From a virus (taxonomy: Duplodnaviria > Heunggongvirae > Uroviricota > Caudoviricetes), in IMG/VR virus record IMGVR_UViG_3300028048_000051, positions 47,843 to 111,842 of that record: a DNA stretch of 64,000 nt. One strand, written 5' to 3'. The stretch's first letter is position 1, and every line of letters begins with the position of its first letter. Positions 9,982 through 19,402 of the stretch are shown piece after piece. The notes under the pieces were generated by a model. The model did no database searches and was not told the origin of the DNA. It worked only from the letters and a program-made list of their open reading frames with translations. The position numbers were made by a program, and so were the translations under genes.

Positions 9982-10020
9982 AAAAAGCCGGGGCATTTTT
10001 TACCCCGGCTTCTTTTGTTT
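9982..10020 (+). terminator. Rho-independent terminator (possibly bidirectional)
   Basis: AAGCCGGGG (9985-9993) / CCCCGGCTT (10003-10011) stem with an A-run before and a T-rich tail after. Confidence 0.8.
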
Positions 10021-10067
10021 TACGCCTCCGCTTGTATGAACACCGACAACGTGAAAATAGCGAGAGT

Positions 10068-10964
10068 ATGGGCATGATTTGTATTGCCGAACATAGTCCC
10101 GGCGCCGGCGGCATTGCAGGAGGCGCCGGAGAATCCGGGCAAGGCTCCCAAGTGGCCTCGGGTGCGGCGGCACGCGGTTATGGTTATCCGGTTATCGAAA
10201 CAGTAACCGGAATGGATGCGTCCTTCGAAGTACAACTCACCAAGGACTATGAAGGGACCAATCCCGCGGATCTGTCGCAGATCAACAAAGTCGATTTGTG
10301 CATGAAGCCGTCCATGCATTCGGTTAACTCCAGCAGTACTATCACTGTGGACTGCTCATTCACTCCGGATGGCGTAGTTTCATTTGATCTCTCCCGTGAT
10401 GATCTGAACAACTCCCAGGGAGTGTGGTTCGGTGAATTCCGTTGTTTCGACAACGCCGGATCCATGCGACAGTGCTACCGCGCATATGTTGTCATCCGTA
10501 AGGGAACCCGTGACAGCAGCGACGGGCCCTACCCTCTCACGGTGATGGATGTTCGCCTGGCGCTGATGGATACCAGTGCGTCGGCCAACCAGCTGATCGA
10601 TGACCTTGAGTTTTCTGACGTGATGATCCTTCACTGCATCATGCGGGCGGTGGATGAATGGAACGAGACACCTCCGCAATTGGCTAACCGTTATGATGCT
10701 ACCAATTTCCCCTGGCGTGAACACCTGCTGCAAGGGACTGTAGGCTATCTGCTGCAAATGGTGGCATATCGGTATACACGCAACCGGATGCAGTATAATG
10801 CCGCCGGTTTCCAGATGGACACCAGCGACAAGGGTCCTCAGTACATTCAACTGGCACAGGTCGCGCGACAGGAATGGCGCGCATTCATAGCGGCCAAGAA
10901 AACCGAATTGAACATGCAGGAATGCTGCGGCACCTTCAGCATGCCGGAGTTTGGGAGTTTCTGA
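10068..10964 (+). CDS. putative head-tail adaptor (neck) protein
   Basis: N-terminal beta/Ig-like region and helical C-terminal region (DEWNETPP...LLQ..AYRYTRN.MQY); lies between capsid and sheath genes. Start codon uncertain (10032/10068/10074). Confidence 0.5.
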   Translation: MGMICIAEHSPGAGGIAGGAGESGQGSQVASGAAARGYGYPVIETVTGMDASFEVQLTKDYEGTNPADLSQINKVDLCMKPSMHSVNSSSTITVDCSFTPDGVVSFDLSRDDLNNSQGVWFGEFRCFDNAGSMRQCYRAYVVIRKGTRDSSDGPYPLTVMDVRLALMDTSASANQLIDDLEFSDVMILHCIMRAVDEWNETPPQLANRYDATNFPWREHLLQGTVGYLLQMVAYRYTRNRMQYNAAGFQMDTSDKGPQYIQLAQVARQEWRAFIAAKKTELNMQECCGTFSMPEFGSF

Positions 10965-10965
10965 G

Positions 10966-11895
10966 ATGGCCAACGTATTCACGTCCATCAAGTGCGCAGT
11001 GCGTTACGACAACGCCAGGGTCATATCGTGGACGATGGATCCGAATTATACGTATCCGGTAGATTTTACCATCACGGTGGAACGTTCGCGGGCCGGCGGA
11101 AAATGGATACCCATTGTGGAAGACCTTACCAACGTTTGTGCGTTTGTAGATACGGATATACGTAACTTCAACAAGTACCTCAACGATTTCTATCGGGTAG
11201 TGCTGAAATCCGCTTCCGCCAAAGAAGCATATGCCTCCGACTCCTGTGCAGCCGGAGTGGGTAAGGCATATCCGTTCTCCAGCGAAGCGCGCAATGCCAT
11301 TGCTTCCGTGGAGAAACAGATAGAACTTACCGGCAGATTCGGTGTGTTGCTGAAGAAAAAGGAATGGGGTCGCCCCTGCCCCAAGTGCACCGACTTCAAA
11401 GGACAAAATACCGTCAACGAGCACTGCCCGGTATGTCTTGGAACTGGTATTGACGGCGGATATTATGACGGCATTCCGTTGAATATAGAAGCGGGGGTGC
11501 CGGAAGTACTGCAACAGCTTAATCAGCTTGGAATGATGCAGTCTGCCAAACTTACGGCAAAGTGTGTGGCATATCCGTGGATAACCCGCGGAGACGTGTG
11601 GTGCGACAGTGATACCAACGAACGTTTCTACATTGCCAATGTCACTCCGATCTCCATGTATAAGAGCACTCCGCTGATATTTCAACTCACCTTGACCAAG
11701 TTGGAAATCACGGACGCGCTGCACTCGACTTCTGCCGACAACAAGGTGGCTGCAGATAATCCGTGGAATGACGCGCTGGTAAAATACGAACCGACGAACT
11801 CACAACCGGAATCACACGAAAATTCAGGGGAACAGCAAACTTCAGACGACGAAACGGACAACATCAACTGGAAAGATGAATTATCCAAATTATGA
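10966..11895 (+). CDS. putative head-closure/neck protein with Zn-finger insert
   Basis: CPKC...CPVCLGTG motif; position in the neck region; ATG one base after the previous stop. Confidence 0.5.
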   Translation: MANVFTSIKCAVRYDNARVISWTMDPNYTYPVDFTITVERSRAGGKWIPIVEDLTNVCAFVDTDIRNFNKYLNDFYRVVLKSASAKEAYASDSCAAGVGKAYPFSSEARNAIASVEKQIELTGRFGVLLKKKEWGRPCPKCTDFKGQNTVNEHCPVCLGTGIDGGYYDGIPLNIEAGVPEVLQQLNQLGMMQSAKLTAKCVAYPWITRGDVWCDSDTNERFYIANVTPISMYKSTPLIFQLTLTKLEITDALHSTSADNKVAADNPWNDALVKYEPTNSQPESHENSGEQQTSDDETDNINWKDELSKL

Positions 11896-12557
11896 GTGTA
11901 ACCACTGACTATCGCAAGGAGCATAACCCGGATACTCTCCGCGCCGGCGCGATGAACGAGTACCGGCTGCTGATGTACTTTGTGGATTTGGTTCGTAATT
12001 TTTTCAGCGACAGCATCAATATCAAGGATGAGCGTTTGCTTGCATTGCTCGATGCGGTTGATTTGCGCGACGGTATTGGGAAGTACGTCATTGCCGGAAC
12101 ACCGTTCAAAGAAGATATGAGGGAAAGCTGCACAACTCCGAGCATCCGCGTGGGCCTGGGGGAAGTCAACTGCAATGCAGTAAATGTCCTGGATACACAA
12201 CTACCGGCGATATCTCCTGCAGGTTGGATGTCGAGTAAGCGCGCCCATTTCGAGGCATGCGGGATCACCATAGCCGTAATCACGGAGAGTTATGATGGGG
12301 TAGTCCTGTTGAGCACCATGTTGAAGGACTATCTGATGTGTAATCGGCAAAATATCATAGCGGACTGCAAGATGTTGAATTTCATAAATGTGGACGGAGC
12401 AACCGCACCCGAACATATCGCACTCGGACAGGCGGGAAACGCCAAGGATATTTTCCAGAGAACGCTCAAGGTTTCGACCAGTGGAGCCTATACGCATCTC
12501 GTGGATGTCCAAGGACCTGTATTCCGCGGAGTCAACATCACCAATATCATAAAGTAA
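11892..12557 (+). CDS. putative tail terminator/completion protein
   Basis: 221 aa directly before the sheath gene, ATGA-type coupling to the upstream gene. Positional inference. Confidence 0.45.
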   Translation: MSVTTDYRKEHNPDTLRAGAMNEYRLLMYFVDLVRNFFSDSINIKDERLLALLDAVDLRDGIGKYVIAGTPFKEDMRESCTTPSIRVGLGEVNCNAVNVLDTQLPAISPAGWMSSKRAHFEACGITIAVITESYDGVVLLSTMLKDYLMCNRQNIIADCKMLNFINVDGATAPEHIALGQAGNAKDIFQRTLKVSTSGAYTHLVDVQGPVFRGVNITNIIK

Positions 12558-12662
12558 GCGCTCTCGCTTGACGCGCCGATTATTACGATGATTTGATACA
12601 CCATACGACATCGGGGGCTGACGACGCTGTCGTGTGTGAACAACGTCAGAAGGAAGAACAAC

Positions 12663-14312
12663 ATGAGCATAAAAAACTTCGATTTTCCGGGCACCACGCT
12701 CCGGCAGGAGTTCGTGGAGGCCTCGACCGGCAATACTCCGACGCTTGCGGCGGTCATCGTCGGCAGTCACTACAAGACTCACCGCGCCGATGTTACCGGT
12801 GAGGCTGCCGGTTGGGGTGGCGTTTTTTTGGATGACACCAATGGAAAGGTTTTCTCCGACTTTCCGGAAAACATCGCGGATGTGCAGAAGATCGACACCA
12901 GCCATGCCAAGGTGATCGTACGCAATGCACTGGCACGGTACGCCGAGGTTACCAGCGGGGTTTCCATCAGTGGTGCTACACTTACTTTCACTTCGGCACT
13001 TCCGGAAAAGGTGAAGACGGGAGACAGTCTGATCGTCACCATCGGCTCCACATCCACGGTGGCGCTTATTACGGCATTCAACTCCACTTCCAAGACCGTA
13101 ACCATCGATATCAGCACACTTACCGGTACTGTCGCATCCGCGGAATTCTGCCGGCTGTACGATGAAGAAATCGAAGCGTCTCCCACCTTTGGGCGCAGTG
13201 ACGAAGCCATCGTCAGTGTGACCATCGCCGCGGTCACGGTCGATATCGATGAACTGTCGAGCAGCTCGTTGCCGGTACGTTACGGCGAGGTGTTTCTGAA
13301 CTGTCGCGAGCGGGACAATACGTATGTGAATCAACTCGGATCCGTTGAGCGGAGTACGGAAGTCGCTTCCATTCTCGGTGCTCCCTGCAAGGACAACCCG
13401 CTCGCCGCTGGCGTTTACGCCGCAGCGGACGCCGCAAACGGTTCCACGGTGTACTTCACCGCCGTGTCCGATGACACGGTGAGTGCCTATGAGGATGCGA
13501 TGGGACTGCTCGACCGCTACCGTGTGTACAGCGTGGTTCCCTGCACCGATGACTCCTCCATTGCACAGGCGGTCCATACCGCAAACTACAATCTTTCGCT
13601 GGACGAGGAGATCAAGGAATATCGCACCACCTGGCTGTCGATCAACCTTTCCGGCAGCGAGACCACGAACGCCGAGCGGATCGCAGCACTGATCTCCAAG
13701 CGTCCGGTCTCCAGTTACCGCGCACAGGTGGTCTTCGCCGACGACATTCTCTACAACGGCGAGGTCATGCCCAACTATTTCGCGGCGGCAGCGGCAGCAG
13801 GGATGCGTTCCTACGAGCCCTGTCATCGCCCGCTGTCGAATCTCACGTACAGCTTCTTCAGCGTGAAGGACACCCACCGCTTCACCCGGGCACAACTCAA
13901 GGAATTGGGTTCCAATGGCATTTGGATCGTGGGCAACAACGCCGACGGCGTGCCGGTCAACATGCGGCAGATCACCAGCGCGATGGCCAACGATCTCAAC
14001 CAGGATGAGGAATCGATCATTTCCAACGCCGACGATATCGCATACACGCTCAGCACCATCGGCGAAAAGCAGGCGGGCAACAGCAACATCTCGCCTCTCC
14101 TGCTCGACATCCTCGACAGTACGATCAAGGCCCGCATGGACGCCAAACTCAGTAATGAGAGCGAAAATCCGTACGTCGGACCACAACTGCTGGATTGGCG
14201 TCTGATTGCGCTGTTCCAAGATACTGTCAATCTCGACTGGGTGTACGCCACCATCGAGTGTACGCCGCCCAAGCCGTTCAACAAGTTCAAGATGACGCTG
14301 CGCATCGTCTGA
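12663..14312 (+). CDS. tail sheath protein
   Basis: About 550 aa. C-terminal region (VPVNMRQIT...EESIISNADDIAY...VYATIECTPPKPFNKFKMTLRIV) has the layout typical of contractile sheath C-termini; followed by a tube-sized gene. Confidence 0.8.
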   Translation: MSIKNFDFPGTTLRQEFVEASTGNTPTLAAVIVGSHYKTHRADVTGEAAGWGGVFLDDTNGKVFSDFPENIADVQKIDTSHAKVIVRNALARYAEVTSGVSISGATLTFTSALPEKVKTGDSLIVTIGSTSTVALITAFNSTSKTVTIDISTLTGTVASAEFCRLYDEEIEASPTFGRSDEAIVSVTIAAVTVDIDELSSSSLPVRYGEVFLNCRERDNTYVNQLGSVERSTEVASILGAPCKDNPLAAGVYAAADAANGSTVYFTAVSDDTVSAYEDAMGLLDRYRVYSVVPCTDDSSIAQAVHTANYNLSLDEEIKEYRTTWLSINLSGSETTNAERIAALISKRPVSSYRAQVVFADDILYNGEVMPNYFAAAAAAGMRSYEPCHRPLSNLTYSFFSVKDTHRFTRAQLKELGSNGIWIVGNNADGVPVNMRQITSAMANDLNQDEESIISNADDIAYTLSTIGEKQAGNSNISPLLLDILDSTIKARMDAKLSNESENPYVGPQLLDWRLIALFQDTVNLDWVYATIECTPPKPFNKFKMTLRIV

Positions 14313-14330
14313 GGATAGGAGAATACATCG

Positions 14331-14894
14331 ATGAGCATGAAGATTTTCACCAACCAGTACGATGCCACCGAGACCTGGTCCACACAAGGTGCCACAGTGC
14401 TCTGGGGAAAGGGCACGGAAGTGGGAAACGGGGGCAGTGACGATCTCGTTTTCCCGCTCCTGATGGGAGGCATCTCTCTCACGTACGGCCGGAGAGCACA
14501 GGAAGTTGCGGCGATCAATACCAACAAAGACGGCAAACGTCGTCGTTACCGCATTTATGATGCTCCGAACGGCGTTCTGAACATCACCTCGATCTTCAGT
14601 CCATATGCGAAGGACCTGAAAAATTTCCTTGAGGCGGTCACCAAAGACTGCAAAAAAGGAGACGATCAGGTATGGATGACACTGTCTCCTTTCGGGTCAT
14701 TGACCTGCGTTCAGGGAGACAACGAATCAGAGTTCGGCAAGGTGGTCAACAACCCGACTTTCGGAAAATTCGGCCTGAAAGATGTGGATCTCGAACAACT
14801 CGGTCTGCAGATCCAGGCCGGTCAAGGCGGAGGTGCCACGATCACCATGCCGCTGAGCTTCAGTTTCAGCAATCTGCTTTGGGATGTCGAGTAA
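14331..14894 (+). CDS. tail tube protein
   Basis: 187-aa beta-rich protein directly after the sheath gene and followed by a terminator. Confidence 0.65.
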   Translation: MSMKIFTNQYDATETWSTQGATVLWGKGTEVGNGGSDDLVFPLLMGGISLTYGRRAQEVAAINTNKDGKRRRYRIYDAPNGVLNITSIFSPYAKDLKNFLEAVTKDCKKGDDQVWMTLSPFGSLTCVQGDNESEFGKVVNNPTFGKFGLKDVDLEQLGLQIQAGQGGGATITMPLSFSFSNLLWDVE

Positions 14895-14917
14895 TAAGTC
14901 ATCGCACATGCAGTCTC

Positions 14918-14949
14918 AAAACCCGCCGTTGTACCGCGGCGGGTTTTTT
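14918..14949 (+). terminator. Rho-independent terminator after sheath-tube operon
   Basis: AAAACCCGCCG-loop-CGGCGGGTTTTTT. Confidence 0.85.
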
Positions 14950-14990
14950 ATGGTAAACTAACCACTTATGCCACATAGGATGTCTTCAAT

Positions 14991-17408
14991 ATGAGCAGTG
15001 ATACCAACGTATTTATCGCCACCGTGCTGTCCTGTGTGCCTGAACTGGGACTGGCGGTGGTGACCAAAAACAGGCATAATCCGCAGATCAGCAATCTGAT
15101 TATCGCTTATTTGCCCTACAACGATGGGCCGTATGGCGTATCACAGGCACAACAGATTCCGGTAGGAAGCAGCGTGATGTGCGCGTCGTATGACACCCGT
15201 CCCGTAGCATACATACTCGGCCCGGCGAACGATACTCCCGGAGATACGGCGGCGTACGGCGGAGAACTGTTCTATCATGTCGGCAAGGTGGCAGATACGT
15301 TATGTTCGACGGATCTCGATGCGGAGCATAAATTCCTTGATACGGTTCTCGTCGATCTTACTGAATTCGTGCGCACATCACGCGGTACTGCCGACGGAGA
15401 CTCCCTGCCCGGCGATTACAACGCCGCGGACGTTGCCGGCCTGGTGGGGTTTCACATCGGCAGATTGCTGTCAGTGCTGCGCGGATCACCGCTCGCATAT
15501 GTGGATGTTTCGGCCATCACGCACAAAGTTCGTATGGTGGGAAAGATGCTGGAATTCCACACCCTCGCTGGAGAAACCGCTATATCCGAGACGCTGCACG
15601 TCGTCAACACCGCATTGTCCGCGCGAGAGGCGCTTGGACTGTTGAACGATGAAACGGCAGAATCGGCAGACGATCTCCCGGAAGCCTTTCCTTTTTATCG
15701 AATGCAGCAACTGCGCGGAAAATCCCCGGCAGGCAGTGAGGAGGCACTGCTCACCCCACCCGAGGGCACCGCTCTGCATATCGAGGAGCCGGCAACTCTG
15801 CACAAACACAGGGTAGGAATATCCGGAGAAGAGCAAACATTCAGTGCCCATTCCCTAGGTACGATCAAAACTCCGGACATCAGGAGTATCCTGCAGACCA
15901 ACTATATTATCGGGGATGGCGGACCGGAGTTGCGTATTCCTTACGAGGAGGAGGATACAGAAGACACTGTTTCTGAATCCCCGGATGCGGAAATCGCCGT
16001 CGATGACGCCGCGCTTCATCAGAAGGAAAGATACGAAGCGGACTACACCGGGATGATGAAACTTGGATTGGCTGCAGACGGGCTGATGATAGGCGAAAAA
16101 TCGATGACAGGGCGATTCAAGGACAAGTCGACGTCTCTCGGTCCCACGAAAGAAACTTCCTACCCGTTGCCGCCGGAACTGAAAATCGTCGATCCTGCCA
16201 CCGGCAGAGAACACGTCTACTACCTCTCCACGTCATTTATTCGTCAATTGGAAGACGGTTCCATCATCATCGGAGACGGGTACGGCAGTGAAATCAGAAT
16301 GAGCCGAGGCAACATCTACATCGCGTCGGCCCTGGACACCTTCATTCGCCCCGGACGCGATGCGGTGCAGATGGTGCCACGCAACCTGGTACTCAATGCG
16401 CAGACCCGCGGCATCTTCAACACCAAAGGCTCTCTTTATCTGCGGGCCGTCAATGATCTGCAGATCGGTGCCACCGGAGACCGCGGCCATCTCACCATCG
16501 AGTGCAGGTCAGATGACGGTCTCAGCATACGCTCCAATGCAGGGCTGTCCATCACCTGCAGTACCGACATGTACATCGGAAGAAATGATCATGCTGCCAA
16601 CACTCGTGGAGCGGTAACGGAGGCTCGTCTCCCCGGCAGTATAATCATCGATGCCGGAGATCTGGGAATGATATCACAGCAGTGCGGAGAATGTTCTGTA
16701 GATGCAACTAATATCTATCTCAAGGCCCATGACAGTGACAGCACAGGATCGTTGTTCCTGCTGACTCCTACTCAGGGTATTGCCGGCATGTCGGCATTGC
16801 AGTTGACCGGGCACCTGAAGATGCAGCGATACTCTGAGCCTTTATCGATACCGTGCAGGAATGGACAGAACACTGTTTATATGTCCGTGTCTCAGCAGGA
16901 CACATGCAACCTGCTCGTTTCCGGAAACGGGCGATTCGGCAAAAGCATCAAGGCTGATGGTTCACTGGCAGTGGTGAACAGCCTGGTCGCCAACAGCATC
17001 GGCACCGTAGGAGGGATCGGAAAAATAGAGAAGGAAGATAGGCCCAAAGCAGACTTCCCGTCTCCTTCCAAAGTCGCAGGAGGGTTGGACAACCTGGGAG
17101 AAGACGTGGAAAACCGCCTCAATAATGCATCCACTTCTACATATCAGGATGCCTTCATCATGGACAACGCCTTCTGTTTTCCCAACAGCGACGAATATGG
17201 CGTACCGTCCGATCTGCGGATGCCGGCGATGCTTTGGCAGATCAACACCGACAGCAACGCTACATGGAAAGAACTGCCTGTGGAAGACGAGGTGGAGAAA
17301 GGCGAAGTATCATACTGCTATCCGGGAGAGTTGTGGGAAACGGCAAACATCGGCGATGCCGAGTATGGTAGTGTACCGCTGAAAGACAACTACCGTACCA
17401 ACGTGTAA
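14991..17408 (+). CDS. putative baseplate central spike/hub protein (gp5/VgrG-like)
   Basis: 805 aa. N-terminal OB-fold-like segment (QIPVGSSVMC) and later short beta-strand repeats (DGSIIIGDGYGSEIRMSRGNIYIAS; GLSIRSNAGLSIT). Confidence 0.55.
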   Translation: MSSDTNVFIATVLSCVPELGLAVVTKNRHNPQISNLIIAYLPYNDGPYGVSQAQQIPVGSSVMCASYDTRPVAYILGPANDTPGDTAAYGGELFYHVGKVADTLCSTDLDAEHKFLDTVLVDLTEFVRTSRGTADGDSLPGDYNAADVAGLVGFHIGRLLSVLRGSPLAYVDVSAITHKVRMVGKMLEFHTLAGETAISETLHVVNTALSAREALGLLNDETAESADDLPEAFPFYRMQQLRGKSPAGSEEALLTPPEGTALHIEEPATLHKHRVGISGEEQTFSAHSLGTIKTPDIRSILQTNYIIGDGGPELRIPYEEEDTEDTVSESPDAEIAVDDAALHQKERYEADYTGMMKLGLAADGLMIGEKSMTGRFKDKSTSLGPTKETSYPLPPELKIVDPATGREHVYYLSTSFIRQLEDGSIIIGDGYGSEIRMSRGNIYIASALDTFIRPGRDAVQMVPRNLVLNAQTRGIFNTKGSLYLRAVNDLQIGATGDRGHLTIECRSDDGLSIRSNAGLSITCSTDMYIGRNDHAANTRGAVTEARLPGSIIIDAGDLGMISQQCGECSVDATNIYLKAHDSDSTGSLFLLTPTQGIAGMSALQLTGHLKMQRYSEPLSIPCRNGQNTVYMSVSQQDTCNLLVSGNGRFGKSIKADGSLAVVNSLVANSIGTVGGIGKIEKEDRPKADFPSPSKVAGGLDNLGEDVENRLNNASTSTYQDAFIMDNAFCFPNSDEYGVPSDLRMPAMLWQINTDSNATWKELPVEDEVEKGEVSYCYPGELWETANIGDAEYGSVPLKDNYRTNV

Positions 17409-17425
17409 ACGAAAGGAAATGCTCC

Positions 17426-18082
17426 ATGTCCGAAGATATCGCCAAGGAACCCGCTCCGGTATCGGGAACTGCCGGGAATACTGTTGAAGGAGCGCCCGAA
17501 GACGACGCATTGATGCGCTGTCCCTGCTGCGGCAAGAATACGTTGAAAACTCCACTCAAGGTAAACGCGGAGTTGATGGATCACTACATGAGCTGCGTGA
17601 TGACCGGGGTCCCCTTCTGGCATGAATATCCGCTGTACAACGGCAGAATCGTACTGCGTATTAAAATGCTCGATGCGGAACACCAGCAACTGCTCGACCG
17701 CGTCTCCACAGCATTAGAGATATTGCAGGACGCCACCAACATACAAACCGAGAAACTGCAAGTAAATCAATTGCGGGTACTGATACGCAATCAACTGCAT
17801 CTCGAACAGGTGAAGGTGTCTAACGGTCCGGGCATGAAAACATGGAATGTTGCCGAGACGGTTGCCGACAAGATCAAGGCGTTCTTCACCAAGGATACTG
17901 GTACCACTATCGACATCGCGCAGTACAAAGCATTGTACGAACTCTGCCATGATGCCACTCTGGTGTCCGGACTGTCGGAACAGCTGCTGGCAGTGACTAT
18001 CGATACCCATTATCGGCTATCCTCCATACTCATTGCCACCGGGATCGACGAAAATTTTTGGCGGGGTATCGAACTGGTCTGA
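17426..18082 (+). CDS. putative tail assembly chaperone (G-like)
   Basis: 218 aa with a CPCC motif, in the tail module upstream of the tape-measure-like gene; ends just after a slippery heptamer. Confidence 0.5.
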   Translation: MSEDIAKEPAPVSGTAGNTVEGAPEDDALMRCPCCGKNTLKTPLKVNAELMDHYMSCVMTGVPFWHEYPLYNGRIVLRIKMLDAEHQQLLDRVSTALEILQDATNIQTEKLQVNQLRVLIRNQLHLEQVKVSNGPGMKTWNVAETVADKIKAFFTKDTGTTIDIAQYKALYELCHDATLVSGLSEQLLAVTIDTHYRLSSILIATGIDENFWRGIELV

Positions 18083-18417
18083 CGCTGACGCTTCCTGAGT
18101 TCGATACCCACGATACGCTGAAGCGTTTTGCCGCAGAGCATTCTCCGGAGAGCCAATTGGCATATCTCTGGCTGCGCAGGCGTGCCAGAAACGCTCTCAC
18201 CTGGCAGGCGATGCGCAATTTCCCATTGGACATGTTGGACATGGCTCTGAATATTCGCGTTGGAGCCAGACCAAATAACGACTCCTCGCTCTCCAGGGAG
18301 AATCAGGAGTTATCACTGAAAGAACTTGCCGACATGCCCAGAGAACAGCAAATGAATATTTATCTTAATGCCTGCAAACAAGCCGGGATCGACGTCAGCA
18401 AGTTGAAGATCACATAG
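18052..18417 (+). CDS. probable -1 frameshift extension of the chaperone (GT-like)
   Basis: A-AAT-TTT heptamer at 18052-18058 is correctly phased in the upstream frame. The -1 frame stays open to TAG at 18417 and has no good RBS/ATG of its own. Confidence 0.55.
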   Translation, partial: KFLAGYRTGLTLTLPEFDTHDTLKRFAAEHSPESQLAYLWLRRRARNALTWQAMRNFPLDMLDMALNIRVGARPNNDSSLSRENQELSLKELADMPREQQMNIYLNACKQAGIDVSKLKIT

Positions 18418-18476
18418 TCGTGCGTGTTTCCGTTTGACGCTGTTCCTATAATAAAAGAAACACTGCGGTTGATTCG

Positions 18477-19382
18477 ATGGCAAATATACCTACTCCCAAA
18501 AGCGCCGAACAGAAACGGTTGGAGACTTTATATGGCTTGGTCGGCGACCGGGCCGTAAACGCCGATCGGAACATGAATCTGCTCCGACATGTGAATACCG
18601 GACTGCTGACCGCCGTCGGGCTTCTGGTCGGAGGAATCGTCGGCAAACGCATGTCCGACGGCAGCAACGACAATACAATGCTCGGTACTGCGATCGGCGG
18701 AGCACTCGGACTGGGAACGGCCCTGATCGGTCATAGCGCCGGCAAAGACGTGGCGAAACTTTCGATGGGCAAATATGATCGCAAGGAACTTCGCGATGCC
18801 TATCTGGACCCGTCGGCACTGGGATACGTAATACCCGGATACGCCGGGTATCAACAGCAGCGGATCGACGACCTTGCCAACGCCCAGGAACTTCAACACG
18901 CTCAGTTCAATCAGCCGCTGCGCAAAAAGGGAGCTGTCTTCACGGAAAAAGATGTGAAGCAAATGATCGAGACCGCTGAGAAGAACAAGCTTAGGGGACG
19001 TGACATCTTTCAGCGTTACTCGCCCAAGCAGATTGCGAGGCTTGCCAACGGCATCGGGCCCAGTTGGGAACCGGAATGGTTCGCCAAAACCTTGAACTGG
19101 CTCATGCCCTGGGGGAAGGTCCCGGCGGTGATACATGATCTCGAATGGGCGGAGGGAACCGGAAATGCCCGGGAGTTCCATCGCTCCAATGAGCGCTTTC
19201 TCGCCAACAACAAAAAACTTCAGGGTCCGACTTCAGTCCTCAACCCAACAAGGCTGCTCCCGCTGGCATTGTTCTACGCCGTGGAAAGCAACCGTCCGCA
19301 CTACGTCACTGGCAAGACTGAAAATCCTTATTATCCGGCCGCAAACAAGTCAGTTGAAACAGTGATGCCGGTTAAGATTTAA
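18477..19382 (+). CDS. putative virion protein: Gly-rich hydrophobic helices plus C-terminal NGxGP...HD domain
   Basis: Segments GLLTAVGLLVGGIVG and LGTAIGGALGLGTALIG; C-terminal ANGIGP...AVIHDLEW...F..SNERF. Confidence 0.55.
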   Translation: MANIPTPKSAEQKRLETLYGLVGDRAVNADRNMNLLRHVNTGLLTAVGLLVGGIVGKRMSDGSNDNTMLGTAIGGALGLGTALIGHSAGKDVAKLSMGKYDRKELRDAYLDPSALGYVIPGYAGYQQQRIDDLANAQELQHAQFNQPLRKKGAVFTEKDVKQMIETAEKNKLRGRDIFQRYSPKQIARLANGIGPSWEPEWFAKTLNWLMPWGKVPAVIHDLEWAEGTGNAREFHRSNERFLANNKKLQGPTSVLNPTRLLPLALFYAVESNRPHYVTGKTENPYYPAANKSVETVMPVKI

Positions 19383-19402
19383 CTTTGTTTACTCCGCTCT
19401 GC

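Noticed and set aside
12201-14387. 728-aa minus-strand ORF (also 7522..9138, 2536..3912 and similar)
   Set aside because: These are antisense shadows of sheath, capsid and other genes with strong codon bias; no motifs or RBS.
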